In this document: piece by piece, positions 18,011 to 29,027 of the stretch
Numbering within the stretch: position 1 is the stretch's first letter
Layout: each line of letters begins with the position of its first letter
From: an uncultured Aquimarina sp.
Lineage (GTDB): Bacteria > Bacteroidota > Bacteroidia > Flavobacteriales > Flavobacteriaceae
DNA: 64,000 nucleotides
Reading direction: 5' to 3'
NCBI RefSeq assembly: GCF_947496855.1
Contig: NZ_CANMED010000008.1
Coordinates: 76,509-140,508 of the forward strand
Program-made: the position numbers and the translations under genes
The notes under the pieces: model-generated
What the model was told of the DNA's origin: nothing
Seen by the model: the letters and a program-made list of their open reading frames with translations, nothing else
The model's database searches: none

Positions 18011-21000
18011 TTATTCCTTAACCATTTTTTTAACTAATCTTTTTTGATCATTTTCTATAATAATGAAATATGCACCAGAGGTTAAAAATGAAGTGTTCAA
18101 CTCAACTTGCTTTGAAGTTATTCTCTGAATATCAACTGGGTTGTTTAATTTTCTTCCTCTAATATCAAAAACTGTTATAGTTGGATTAAGAAAATCCACT
18201 GTATTATCTATATATAATTTGTTTTTGGTTGGATTAGGGTAAACTCTAATCGTATCAAAATCAAAATCATCAACACTAAGAGTAGTGGACTTAACATCTA
18301 AAACAAAACTAATGACTTGAGGAGCAGCTCCACAATTGGTGCCAAAAATAACTTCTACGGTCCAATCTCCATCTTCATCTCCATTAAGTTCAATATTATT
18401 AAAACTAATGCTATCGGTATTATACGTCTGACCTCCGGGAGCAGTCCATACTACTGAAGCATTAAACGGAGAAGCGGGTATTGTTAATTCAATATCTAAA
18501 TCTTGTATAACTTCTATAGTTTCTCCATCACTAAAAGATACCGCTGAACCACCATCAATACTGTATTCAGTATCTCCATCTGATAAGTCTGGATTATCTG
18601 TAGCAAGATTAACATTAATTGGTGTTCTTATTGATTCGCATCGCCCCCCTTTAGAAGTAAAATTCCAATCGTAAAAAAAATAATAGAAATCAAAAGCGTT
18701 TACGGTATTACCAATAATTGAAACTACATTAGAAGGTGATGTATACGGATAACTAACTCCATTACCAGATGGTGTTCTTCTTATAGATACAAGGTCACTA
18801 GATACTGATATTATATTATTATTTCCTTTAGGAACATTAAGATTAACTGTTACCAGTGATTCTCCCAAAGGAATATTTACTGTTGTTGAAGCTACAATAT
18901 TACCTGCGCTATCAGCAACCTGTATTGTTCTATCTCCTGCGGACATGGCAGACATCATAAAAGATTCTATAACAATATCATCATTGGTATTAAAAATCAT
19001 TCCTTGAGAAAAATCATAGTCGGTAGCAGTACTCACATCAGGTGAAGAAGTTTGCTCCGAAACTATAACAGCCGAAACTCCAGAAACATAATATGTCGTA
19101 GCTGCTATTATAGCTGGGGTTATATAAGATTCTCCTGTTGCTATTTCTGTCCCTCCAGTAGCCGCAGTATACCATTTATAATCTGCACTTCCCGAAGCTT
19201 TTAGATTTGCTGAATCATTTGCACAAACATCTATGTCTGAAACCATAGGTAGTAAAGCCTCTTCTATATCCAAAGAAAAAGAGTAATCTATAGCTCCACA
19301 AGTACTTGCTGCATTAATTGTAACTAGATACTCTCCGCTCTCATTCAATGATAAGTCATTGATAGTTATTGATGAATCAGTACTCGAAAAATCACTAGGT
19401 CCAGACCAACTGAACGTAGGACTATCTCCTGTTTGGACATCTAATTGGAATGTAATCGATTGTCCTGTACATAAACTTATTAAGGATCCTTCTTCAATTG
19501 TCCCATTATCTACTGAAAACTGTTGTTTTGCAGTAATTGTAAGACAACTAGGAAGTGAAGATCTCCAAATACCTCTTCCGTAGGTTGCTGCAGTAATAGA
19601 ATTATCAGAAACACTTATTTCTAAATCATTTACAATAGTAGTTGGTAAATTATTGAAAAACGGAGTCCAAGAACCGTCAGTCACACTTCTATATACGCCA
19701 ATACTTGTAGCTACATATATTGGATCTTGTGCTTGCCCTGCATGATGAACAATATCATTTAAAAAGAAATAATTATCAGTAACTGGTAGATTAGAAGAAA
19801 TATTATTAAATGTGACACCTCCATCAATAGACTTTTGAACAGAAGATGATGTTGTAACCCATACAATATTTGGATCCGTATTGTGTATTGCTATTCCTCT
19901 TATATTACCCCCGAAAGTAAAAACGTCAGTGACTGTAGTTCCCGAATCATTAGTTTTTTTAAGTATACTCCCAACTGCAATATACATTAAAGTATTATCT
20001 GATGGAGCTATTTCTATTTGATTCGCAGGGTTACCCAAATTTGCTAATTCTATCCATCCAGTTTCAAATGCATTTAAACGATATAAATTATTATAACCTG
20101 CATATAATTCTCCATTAGTATCTATTGCTAAAGGTGTTATCCAATTTCCATTAGAACCAAGTGGTTGATCTACGCTTCCAGAACCGCTACTTCCAGCTGT
20201 AATAGATTTGTACAAACCTCCTCCATTTTGGATAAATCCAAAATATTTATCATCATTCGTAGGGTCAATTGCAGTATCCATACCATCTGCGCCGTAATAA
20301 TTCATCCAATTACCATTCCCATTATCATATGCATGACCTCCATTATCTTGTAATCCTCCAACCATCTTATTTGGATCGTTAGGAGAAACAGCTACTTTAT
20401 AAAACTGACTTGCCTGAATTCCTGCCGTATGGTCAGTAAAATTAATACCTCCATCAGTAGATGAATAAATACCTCCATCAGAACATACAAAAATAACACC
20501 TCCAAAAGACCTAATCATATGTATATCGGCATGTGTATATGATGGTCCTTGAGGAACATTCCAATTATTTACTTTACTAAATGCAGTGCCTCCATTATCC
20601 GACTTCCATACATTAAGACAACCAACAAATACTTCTTCTGCATTAGTTTGAGAAACACCCAAAGCCAGATCATAAAAAGCCTGTCGGCTCTCTATAACGT
20701 CTGTAAAAACATTTTTTACTGTAAAAGAATCTCCACTATCTTCAGAACGATATACACCTTTAAAAGATTCATCGGTATTAACACTTAATAAATATACAAA
20801 TTCATTGTTTGCTGGTGTTACATCTATTACTATTCTGCCATTTTCTATAGGAACTCCATTAGTGATCATTGTAAATGTATCTCCTCCATTAATTGATTTA
20901 TAAAATTCATTTGGAGTCACAGCGTACATAACATCGGGATTACCTGGTTTTAGTTTAACATCTTTAATATTACCTGGTAGCGTCACATTCCAAGTTGCTC

Positions 21001-21781
21001 CTGCATCTATTGATTTATACATTCCCAAATTAGTAGCCACCCAGAGAATATTAGAATTAGCTGGATGCATATACAATTCATTCATTGAAGATGGAGTATT
21101 ATTAGGATCTAATCCTGTCGGATTCCAAGTTTGTCCTCCATCTATTGATTTAAAAACTCCTGCACTTTGAGTATCATTTCCATCATCATCACCTGTAGCA
21201 ATATAAATAATGTCCGAATTTGAATAATCAACAGCTATACCTGAAACGCCTATCTGAGGTAGGTTATCTGTTAAAGGAGCCCAAGTACTTCCCGCATCAA
21301 CTGACTTCCATAGACCTCCAGCCGGAGTACCCACATACCAAGTACTTGTATCGTTAGGATCTACAACAATCGCATTAATTCTTGCCTGACCAGAAGACCA
21401 AGAACCTGTGTTTGTATGAGTAAAAGGACCTATTGCTTCCCAATTACTTAGATCTGTAGAGACCAATTTATTTTGTGTTTCATTTTTATGCTCCCAGGCA
21501 ATCCATTTATCCTTAGATGTTGGAAGATAACCTTCACCATCAACAACATCTTCCCAAATATACTCCCATCTCTTAAATGGTTTATATCCACTACCCTTTA
21601 CACTTGGATCACGAGTTTCCCAATATGTATTAAAAGCTTGTTGAATTTCTTGAAAAGTTGGTTTAAATTCCCCACCATTCTTACTTTGTTTAAGACTTTG
21701 CATCCATGGGGCATCCTGATTGTATTGTGCGTTAGTTATTCCACAGAAAAATAGCACAAAAAAGAGATAAAAATACTTCAT
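18011..21781 (-). CDS. Secreted BNR/Asp-box (sortilin/VPS10-like) repeat protein with T9SS C-terminal sorting domain
   Basis: 1256 aa with a signal peptide and many S-x-D-x-G-x-T-W/F boxes (SVDAGSTW, SIDGGQTW, SIDAGATW, STDGGINF, SIDGGVTF). The C-terminus VYPNPTKNKLYID...GAYFIIIENDQKRLVKKMVKE is a type A T9SS CTD. Confidence 0.8.
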   Translation of the reverse strand: MKYFYLFFVLFFCGITNAQYNQDAPWMQSLKQSKNGGEFKPTFQEIQQAFNTYWETRDPSVKGSGYKPFKRWEYIWEDVVDGEGYLPTSKDKWIAWEHKNETQNKLVSTDLSNWEAIGPFTHTNTGSWSSGQARINAIVVDPNDTSTWYVGTPAGGLWKSVDAGSTWAPLTDNLPQIGVSGIAVDYSNSDIIYIATGDDDGNDTQSAGVFKSIDGGQTWNPTGLDPNNTPSSMNELYMHPANSNILWVATNLGMYKSIDAGATWNVTLPGNIKDVKLKPGNPDVMYAVTPNEFYKSINGGDTFTMITNGVPIENGRIVIDVTPANNEFVYLLSVNTDESFKGVYRSEDSGDSFTVKNVFTDVIESRQAFYDLALGVSQTNAEEVFVGCLNVWKSDNGGTAFSKVNNWNVPQGPSYTHADIHMIRSFGGVIFVCSDGGIYSSTDGGINFTDHTAGIQASQFYKVAVSPNDPNKMVGGLQDNGGHAYDNGNGNWMNYYGADGMDTAIDPTNDDKYFGFIQNGGGLYKSITAGSSGSGSVDQPLGSNGNWITPLAIDTNGELYAGYNNLYRLNAFETGWIELANLGNPANQIEIAPSDNTLMYIAVGSILKKTNDSGTTVTDVFTFGGNIRGIAIHNTDPNIVWVTTSSSVQKSIDGGVTFNNISSNLPVTDNYFFLNDIVHHAGQAQDPIYVATSIGVYRSVTDGSWTPFFNNLPTTIVNDLEISVSDNSITAATYGRGIWRSSLPSCLTITAKQQFSVDNGTIEEGSLISLCTGQSITFQLDVQTGDSPTFSWSGPSDFSSTDSSITINDLSLNESGEYLVTINAASTCGAIDYSFSLDIEEALLPMVSDIDVCANDSANLKASGSADYKWYTAATGGTEIATGESYITPAIIAATTYYVSGVSAVIVSEQTSSPDVSTATDYDFSQGMIFNTNDDIVIESFMMSAMSAGDRTIQVADSAGNIVASTTVNIPLGESLVTVNLNVPKGNNNIISVSSDLVSIRRTPSGNGVSYPYTSPSNVVSIIGNTVNAFDFYYFFYDWNFTSKGGRCESIRTPINVNLATDNPDLSDGDTEYSIDGGSAVSFSDGETIEVIQDLDIELTIPASPFNASVVWTAPGGQTYNTDSISFNNIELNGDEDGDWTVEVIFGTNCGAAPQVISFVLDVKSTTLSVDDFDFDTIRVYPNPTKNKLYIDNTVDFLNPTITVFDIRGRKLNNPVDIQRITSKQVELNTSFLTSGAYFIIIENDQKRLVKKMVKE

Positions 21782-21927
21782 AGTTTATTTAAAAGGTTAA
21801 TAAATAATTAAATGACTGACTCATTCACTTTGATAAAAAAGTCTTCTTCTTTAGTAATAACAAGTTAAGCTAAAATTACCCTAATCTTATTATTGGAAAA
21901 TATTTTATACTTTCATTAACTAAGATT

Positions 21928-23466
21928 TTACCCCAACCAACCATCGCGATCCAAACTACGATATTGTATCGCTTCGGAAATATGATCTCCTTTAATCGAT
22001 TCTGCCCCTTCGAGATCAGCAATGGTTCTGGAAACTTTTAGAATTCTGTCATAGGCTCTGGCAGAAAGATTTAATCTTTCCATAGCTGTTTTCAATAACT
22101 CTTTGGAAGCGTCATCCAGTGCGCAATATTTTCGGATTTGCTTAACTCCCATCTGAGCGTTATAATGAATTTTTTGAGATTCAGAAAATCGAGTTGTTTG
22201 AATATCTCTTGCGGTAGTTACCCTTTTTCTAATATCCACACTACTCTCTCCTCTTCTTTCTTCACTTAATTTATCAAAAGGTACGGGAGTCACTTCGATG
22301 TGAATATCAATACGATCTAACAAAGGCCCAGAGATCTTACTAAGATATCGTTGCATCTCTGCCGGAGATGAGGTTACCGGTGCATCCGGATCATTAAAAT
22401 ATCCTCCTGGACTAGGATTCATACTCGCTACTAACATAAAACTTGATGGATAGGTAACCGTAAATTTTGCTCTAGATATCGTTACCTCTCGATCCTCTAA
22501 TGGTTGTCGCATTACTTCCAGTACTTCTCTTTTAAATTCCGGGAGTTCATCCAAAAACAAAACTCCATTATGAGATAATGAGATTTCTCCAGGTTGGGGA
22601 TAACTACCCCCACCAACTAGTGCAACATTAGAAATTGTATGATGTGGACTACGAAATGGCCTTTGAGCCATTAATCCTACATTATCTTTTATTCTGCCTA
22701 CTACACTATGAATTTTGGTAGTTTCTAATGCTTCTTGTAGCGACATTGGTGGCAAAATACTAGGCAACCGTTTACTGAGCATGGTTTTACCACTTCCTGG
22801 AGGTCCTACTAAAATGATATTATGCCCTCCCGCCGCAGCAATCTCCATACACCTTTTTATACTTTCTTGTCCTTTTACATCTGCAAAATCAAACTCTGGA
22901 TTATCCAATTCTTTAAAAAACTCTTCTCTAGTATCCACAATCGTTTGTTCCAATGTTCCTTTTCCATCAAAAAAGTCAATCACTTCTTTGATGTTTTCCA
23001 CACCATATACTTGAAGATTATCGACTATTGCTGCTTCTTTAGCATTTTGTTTAGGTAAAATAAAACCTTTATACCCTTCTTCTCTTGCTTTAATAGCAAT
23101 TGGCAATGCTCCTTTTATTGGTTGAAGACCTCCATCCAAAGAAAGTTCACCCATAATTAAGTAATCAGAAATCCTTTCTCCTTTGATCTGTGAGCTGGCT
23201 GCAAGAATCCCTAGGGCTAGTGTTAAGTCATATGCAGATCCTTCTTTTCTAAGATCTGCAGGAGCCATATTAATTGTGATTTTCTTTCCGGGAAGTTTAT
23301 AGCCGTTATTCTGTAATGCTGCTGCAATCCGGAAACTACTTTCTTTAATCGCATTGTCTGGTAAACCAACCAGGTGATACCCTATCCCTTTATCTATATT
23401 AACTTCTACTGTAATTGTTGTCGCCTCAACACCAAAAACTGCACTTCCAAAGACTTTAATAAGCAT
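21928..23466 (-). CDS. comM: YifB/ComM-family Mg-chelatase-like AAA+ ATPase
   Basis: 512 aa with Walker A GPPGSGKTM, LFLDELPEF and an N-terminal Lon-like domain (MLIKVFGSAVFGVEA...). Confidence 0.95.
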   Translation of the reverse strand: MLIKVFGSAVFGVEATTITVEVNIDKGIGYHLVGLPDNAIKESSFRIAAALQNNGYKLPGKKITINMAPADLRKEGSAYDLTLALGILAASSQIKGERISDYLIMGELSLDGGLQPIKGALPIAIKAREEGYKGFILPKQNAKEAAIVDNLQVYGVENIKEVIDFFDGKGTLEQTIVDTREEFFKELDNPEFDFADVKGQESIKRCMEIAAAGGHNIILVGPPGSGKTMLSKRLPSILPPMSLQEALETTKIHSVVGRIKDNVGLMAQRPFRSPHHTISNVALVGGGSYPQPGEISLSHNGVLFLDELPEFKREVLEVMRQPLEDREVTISRAKFTVTYPSSFMLVASMNPSPGGYFNDPDAPVTSSPAEMQRYLSKISGPLLDRIDIHIEVTPVPFDKLSEERRGESSVDIRKRVTTARDIQTTRFSESQKIHYNAQMGVKQIRKYCALDDASKELLKTAMERLNLSARAYDRILKVSRTIADLEGAESIKGDHISEAIQYRSLDRDGWLG

Positions 23467-23702
23467 ATTCTCTATTTTGATTAAAGCTGTAGTACTATAT
23501 TTCTTATGTGTAATACTACTATCATTAATACGTGTTTGTTATTGAGTACATGTTACCTCGAAATAGATAGTTTTTTTAAATAAATTTCAAAAACTCTAAA
23601 AAATGACATTACTACTTCATTGTATTAATAGTATGGAATGGATATAAACCTATAAATAATAGATTATTATAAATAGCTACGTGAGATTAGAAACAAAAAA
23701 CT

Positions 23703-23726
23703 GAAAGAAAGAAAGAAAGAAAGAAA
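23703..23726. repeat. (GAAA)6 tetranucleotide microsatellite
   Basis: gaaagaaagaaagaaagaaagaaa, read directly in the 576-nt gap between lysC and comM. Confidence 0.9.
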
Positions 23727-24042
23727 GTGATTTCCATAAGGAAATTTTCTCTTTAGTATCATTAATAAAATTTATTGAAATACAAAAAGCTTAATAAAAG
23801 TAACCGCAACGATTGAGTAAAAAACAAATAAAACAATTTCTAAGCGATATTTTTCTACAATTCTCTTTAACATTATAATAGGTTTACGTTTCTAGTTTCT
23901 ATGTATAAAACAGTTAATTAAAGAGATACCCTATATTTCTTAAAAAAAATAATTTTAATTAATTTAAAATTATTGTCAGCTATAGAAGTACGTATTGCTT
24001 TAGTACTCTAACTTTTACTCATCATTTTACATAACAAACAAT

Positions 24043-25374
24043 TTAGAGAATAACTTCTGGATGCGTAAGAAACAATTTCTCATTTAAAAACCTAAGGGTT
24101 GGTATTTTATCTTTAGTCTCTACAAGAATAGAAATATTATTATTACTTCCTCCATAAGAAATCATTCTAACCGGTATATAATTTAGTACTTCAAAAAGTT
24201 TATGTGAGTTTTTATCATTAATAACGGATTCACCTACAACACATATGATACTATGATTTTGCTCTACCGTTACTTCTGCATATCCTTCTATTTCCTTTAC
24301 AATATCATCAATATAAGTAGTATCATCTATTGTTAAAGAAATAGCAATCTCTGAGGTAGTTATCATATCAATTGAAGTATGGTAATTATCAAATACTTCA
24401 AAAATTCTTCTAAGATACCCATGTGCCATCAACATCCTATTTGATTTAATCTTAATAGCAGTAATATCATCTTTTGCGGATATTGCTTTTAAACCTTTTC
24501 TATATGTTTTATTTGAAATAATAGTCCCAGAAGCTTCTGGATCAAATGTATTTTTTAATAACACAGGAATATCCATATCAACAACAGGCGATACCGTCTG
24601 CGGATGTAAAATTTTTGCTCCAAAATAAGCTAATTCCGCTGCCTCATTATAAGTTAGGTGAGATATAGGATTTGTTCCTTCAACATATCTAGGATCGTTA
24701 TTATGTAATCCATCAATATCCGTCCAAATCTGTATCTCATGCGCATTTAATGCTGCTCCAATTATAGTAGCCGTATAATCGCTTCCTCCTCTTTTTAATG
24801 TGCTTAATTGATTCAAATGATCCTTACAAACAAATCCTTGAGTAATATATATTTCAGAGGGATTAGCTTCTAAAATTTTATTAAGTTTATTAGAAACTTT
24901 CTGAATATTAGGATTATCTGTATTATCTACATTCATAAACTCCTTAGCACTAATCAACTTGTTAGCAACTCCAGTAGCATTTAAAAAATTTGAAAAAATA
25001 TAAGTTAGTAATGTTTCTCCGAAAGTTAGTACCGTGGCGTTTAAAACTTCGGAATACCCTTGATTTGACACTTCTAACATATCAGTTATCATTGAAGATA
25101 CTCCATCTTTAAGGTTATTTCTTAATTCAGTATCTTCAATCAATTCATCGATAACGTCTATGTGCTTATTTTCTAATTTATGTAGGTTTCTGGTAATTGC
25201 TTCTGCATCTTTTAACTTTATGTAAGCCACCAAATTTACCAATTGATCTGTCACTCCAGACATTGCAGAACACACCACAATCTTTTGGTCTTGATCACTG
25301 ATAAGAATATCTTTTACTCTATGTAGATTAACTACAGATCCAACAGACGTTCCTCCAAACTTTAAAATCTTCAT
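24043..25374 (-). CDS. lysC: Aspartate kinase
   Basis: 443 aa. It has MKILKFGGTSVG and C-terminal ACT-like regions. Confidence 0.9.
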   Translation of the reverse strand: MKILKFGGTSVGSVVNLHRVKDILISDQDQKIVVCSAMSGVTDQLVNLVAYIKLKDAEAITRNLHKLENKHIDVIDELIEDTELRNNLKDGVSSMITDMLEVSNQGYSEVLNATVLTFGETLLTYIFSNFLNATGVANKLISAKEFMNVDNTDNPNIQKVSNKLNKILEANPSEIYITQGFVCKDHLNQLSTLKRGGSDYTATIIGAALNAHEIQIWTDIDGLHNNDPRYVEGTNPISHLTYNEAAELAYFGAKILHPQTVSPVVDMDIPVLLKNTFDPEASGTIISNKTYRKGLKAISAKDDITAIKIKSNRMLMAHGYLRRIFEVFDNYHTSIDMITTSEIAISLTIDDTTYIDDIVKEIEGYAEVTVEQNHSIICVVGESVINDKNSHKLFEVLNYIPVRMISYGGSNNNISILVETKDKIPTLRFLNEKLFLTHPEVIL

Positions 25375-25478
25375 CGCATTATCTTTTTAACAGTACATAA
25401 TTAGACAATAGTGTATAAAGAATAAATATTTTCATGAAAAAAACATATATTTACACAATATGTTAAATATCTAACAAA

Positions 25479-26123
25479 ATGAAAACTATAACAGATTGTG
25501 TTCACAATATACTTAGGCATCAACCATTTTTAGAAGATGCACTATCTAGAGATATCATTAATTTTAGTTCTCTTGCTACTGATTTATTACCTCAAGTAGA
25601 AAAAGAAATGCGAAAACCTGTAAAACCAGGATCTATTGTGATGGCGTTACGTAGATATCATCCAAAAAGGATTAAACACTCTGAAAATCTTGGTAATTTA
25701 GGAGATATAGTGGTGCGATCTGGTATTACTGAATATACTTTTCTAAATTCTAATACTATTCTTACAAGTCAATCTAATCTGTTAAACACTGTAAAAGATA
25801 AAACAAAAACTTATTTCACGTATTCTAGTAATTTCCAAGAAAGTAATATACTAGTATCTTCATCTTTAAAAGAAATTGTCGAGAACCATTTTAAAGATGA
25901 AACTTGTATTTCTGTAGCTGACAATTTATCCTCTATGTCTATTGCACTGCCTGATGATAGCGCTAGATCTATCGGGCTATACTTTTATATTTTTAAGCTT
26001 TTGGCTTACGAAGGTATTCCGGTTTTTGAAATTATATCAACTTCCAATTATTTTACCTTATTTCTAGAAAAAGAATATGTAAACGATGCTTTTCTATTAA
26101 TGAATGAAATAAAAGAAAATTAA
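25479..26123 (+). CDS. Conserved-looking hypothetical protein, divergent from lysC (possibly ACT-like)
   Basis: 214-aa ORF with no strong motif recognised. The ACT-like suggestion rests only on its context beside aspartate kinase. Confidence 0.45.
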   Translation: MKTITDCVHNILRHQPFLEDALSRDIINFSSLATDLLPQVEKEMRKPVKPGSIVMALRRYHPKRIKHSENLGNLGDIVVRSGITEYTFLNSNTILTSQSNLLNTVKDKTKTYFTYSSNFQESNILVSSSLKEIVENHFKDETCISVADNLSSMSIALPDDSARSIGLYFYIFKLLAYEGIPVFEIISTSNYFTLFLEKEYVNDAFLLMNEIKEN

Positions 26124-26140
26124 GAACGTATATAAAAAAA

Positions 26141-26156
26141 GCCCTGAAAACAGGGC
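26141..26156. terminator. Bidirectional rho-independent terminator
   Basis: aaaaaaa-gccctg-aaaa-cagggc-ttttt lies between convergent genes. Confidence 0.7.
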
Positions 26157-26183
26157 TTTTTACTATTCTTACTAATTGGTAAT

Positions 26184-28268
26184 TTACCAAATATTTACTC
26201 TTTTCTCTGAAGCTAAATACATTTTATCTCCTTCTTTAATATCAAAAGCATCATAAAATGCTTGAACGTTTAACAAAGGTTGTATTGCTCTTGTTGTTCC
26301 AGGAGAATGCGGGTCTGTCTTAATCTGCGTTCTTAACGCATCTTCTCTAATCTTTGTTCTCCATACAGTAGCCCAAGACATAAAGAATCGTTGCTCTGGA
26401 GTAAATCCATCAATATCTTCTGGTCTTCCATTTTCGGCTAGATGCATTTGCAATCCATCATAAGCACCCAAAACTCCACCTAGATCTCCGATATTTTCTC
26501 CAAGGGTAAACTTACCATTGATAAATACACTATCTAATACTTCTATAGCACTATACTGCTCTGCTAGTGCTCCACCTCTCTTTGTAAATTGTTTAAGATC
26601 ACCTTCTGTCCACCAATTAGAAAGGTTACCTTCTGCATCAAAACGAGCACCAGAATCATCAAAAGCATGTGATATTTCATGACCTATTACTGCTCCAATT
26701 CCACCATAATTAACAGCTTCATCAGCTGTATAATTATAGAATGGTGGTTGTAATATTGCAGCAGGGAATACAATCTCATTAAACAATGGGTTAAAATATG
26801 CGTTTACCGTTTGAGGAGACATCCCCCATTCAGTTTTATCAACAGGTTCCCCTATTTCACTTATATTTTTATTGAATCCCCACTCTGAAATTGCCATCAT
26901 ATTTTCGAAATATGAGTTTCCATCCTTCACATCAAGAGTAGAATAATCTTCCCACTTATCCGGATATCCAATTTTTACTGTAAACTTATCTAATTTCTGA
27001 ATTGCTTTGGTTTTGGTACTGTCACTCATCCAATCCAGCACTTCAATTCTTTTTTGGTATGCTTTGATTACATTAGCAATCATCTTCTCTGCTTTTGCTT
27101 TTGCTTCTGGCGGAAACTTAGCATCAACATATAATTGTCCAATTGCTTCTCCTACAGAACCATTAACTCTTGCTAGAGCTCTTTCTTCCATAGGTCTTTG
27201 TTTGATTGCACCGTTAAGTGTTTTGCTATAAAAATCCCAATTTGCCTTTTCTATTTCTGTAGAAAGAGCTCCTGCAGCATCATTTAATGTAGCCCAACGC
27301 ATTACTGTTTTAAGATCTTCTATATTTGTTTCTGAAAGAACATTTTGTAATTCTTTCATATACTTAGGTTGCATTACAATTACTGAATCTAATTGCTTTT
27401 TTACACCTATATCTTTCATCAATTTATTCCAATCAATAGAGGACGTCATTTCGGAAAGTTCCTCCATTGACCTTGGATTATTAAAGTTTCTAGTATCCCT
27501 ACTCTGAACTTTATCTAATCGTGGTTCCGCTAACTTAGTCTCTATTGCCAAAATAGTTTCTGCATTTTTACGAGCCTGTTTCTCAGTTTCTCCTATATAC
27601 TGAAGCATTCTGGTAATATGATCGACATATTTGCCTCTGATCTCGACAGATTTTTCATCCTGATCCAAATAATAATCACGATCTGGTAATCCTAATCCTC
27701 CTGTAGCAATATATGGAGCATTGATCTCACTATTACTTAGGTTAGGAAAAGAAACTAATCCCGCAAATGGAGCTGAAGCCCCTATTTCTGTAGCTAGAAC
27801 TGTTTGAAGTTCACTTAAATTCTTTATGCCAGCAATTTTATCCAAAGTAGGTTGTAATGGGGTCACACCAGCTTTATCTCTTGCCACAGTATCCATAATA
27901 GATTCATAAATCAATAAAGCTTTATATTGATCTGTTCCTGCAGCATATTTACCACTAGACTTTGCCTTTTCCAGAATCTCAAGTACATCATAGTCGGTCT
28001 TTTTTCTTAATACACCAAAACCTCCCCATCGAGTTCTATCTTCTGGAATTTCTGTGTTTTTCATCCAACTACCATTAACATAGTTGTAAAAATCTTCTTT
28101 TGGACTAATACTTGTATCCATATTATCCAAAACAATACCTGGTATTTTTTCTACCTCTGCTATCGCTTCGGGTTGATTTTCACCATCTTTTTTGGCTTCA
28201 TCCTTGCAACTCGTAAAAGCAATTATGAATACTGCCAAAAAATACACTTTTCTCATTTTTTTAATCAT
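26184..28268 (-). CDS. M13-family zinc metallopeptidase (neprilysin/PepO-like), lipoprotein
   Basis: 694 aa with HEXXH in VIGHEISHAFD, the GENIGDLGG motif, and the lipobox AFTSCKDE. Confidence 0.9.
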   Translation of the reverse strand: MIKKMRKVYFLAVFIIAFTSCKDEAKKDGENQPEAIAEVEKIPGIVLDNMDTSISPKEDFYNYVNGSWMKNTEIPEDRTRWGGFGVLRKKTDYDVLEILEKAKSSGKYAAGTDQYKALLIYESIMDTVARDKAGVTPLQPTLDKIAGIKNLSELQTVLATEIGASAPFAGLVSFPNLSNSEINAPYIATGGLGLPDRDYYLDQDEKSVEIRGKYVDHITRMLQYIGETEKQARKNAETILAIETKLAEPRLDKVQSRDTRNFNNPRSMEELSEMTSSIDWNKLMKDIGVKKQLDSVIVMQPKYMKELQNVLSETNIEDLKTVMRWATLNDAAGALSTEIEKANWDFYSKTLNGAIKQRPMEERALARVNGSVGEAIGQLYVDAKFPPEAKAKAEKMIANVIKAYQKRIEVLDWMSDSTKTKAIQKLDKFTVKIGYPDKWEDYSTLDVKDGNSYFENMMAISEWGFNKNISEIGEPVDKTEWGMSPQTVNAYFNPLFNEIVFPAAILQPPFYNYTADEAVNYGGIGAVIGHEISHAFDDSGARFDAEGNLSNWWTEGDLKQFTKRGGALAEQYSAIEVLDSVFINGKFTLGENIGDLGGVLGAYDGLQMHLAENGRPEDIDGFTPEQRFFMSWATVWRTKIREDALRTQIKTDPHSPGTTRAIQPLLNVQAFYDAFDIKEGDKMYLASEKRVNIW

Positions 28269-28571
28269 TTTATTAATAAATTAAGTTTAGTTCTTTCGAA
28301 TATGACGTGTAAATTGAGGATTCGTTACTCATATCGAACCAGCCAAGATATATAAATTGTAAAAATGTAGGAAATTCTTTATAAAAATTTAACTTACAAT
28401 AAGACTCAAAATAAACACAAGATATTGATTAACAACACTTAACTAATATTTAAATTTTATTGATTAACAAAACATTAAGCTTAAATAATTAGCGAAATAA
28501 AGTGATTCTATTATAAAAGTTAATATTCATAAACTTAATTCAAATATTAAACTATCAATAAACTTCAAAAT

Positions 28572-29027
28572 CTATTTTAGCAAACGAGTATCAAAACTAA
28601 AAGGCTCTATTTCGATCAATTTTACCAAATCAAAGTTAGGATGCAAAGGATTAATAAGAAGATTTTGTTCTCTAGGGACAATTATACTTGGTACTTTCAA
28701 CCCTAATTGAATATTCTCTGATATCCAATTCATCGCAAAATGTTGAATACCTGTTGATGGAGGGATTTTATTCCAGTCCTTGGGTAATTCTTTAATATCT
28801 ATCGTAGAAGTCAATTCATCTGGTAATTCTATCGTAGCAATTGCCATATCATCAGGAAAATAAGCTGCTGGTAAGTGAGCCAATACTTCGAGAACAGAAA
28901 GGGCAACAGTAGTACTTGTGTATAAAACTGCAACTCCTTTGGGGTTCCATCTACCACCAACGGTTTTTGCTCCAATACCTGTTAAGTCTTTTATATACTT
29001 TTGTTTGGCAATTCTATATACTAGCAT
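28572..29027 (-). CDS. RES-domain toxin (NAD+-degrading toxin family)
   Basis: 151 aa containing GGRWNPKGVAVLYTSTTVALSVLEVLAHL. Its ATG overlaps the antitoxin stop (TAATG). Confidence 0.8.
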   Translation of the reverse strand: MLVYRIAKQKYIKDLTGIGAKTVGGRWNPKGVAVLYTSTTVALSVLEVLAHLPAAYFPDDMAIATIELPDELTSTIDIKELPKDWNKIPPSTGIQHFAMNWISENIQLGLKVPSIIVPREQNLLINPLHPNFDLVKLIEIEPFSFDTRLLK

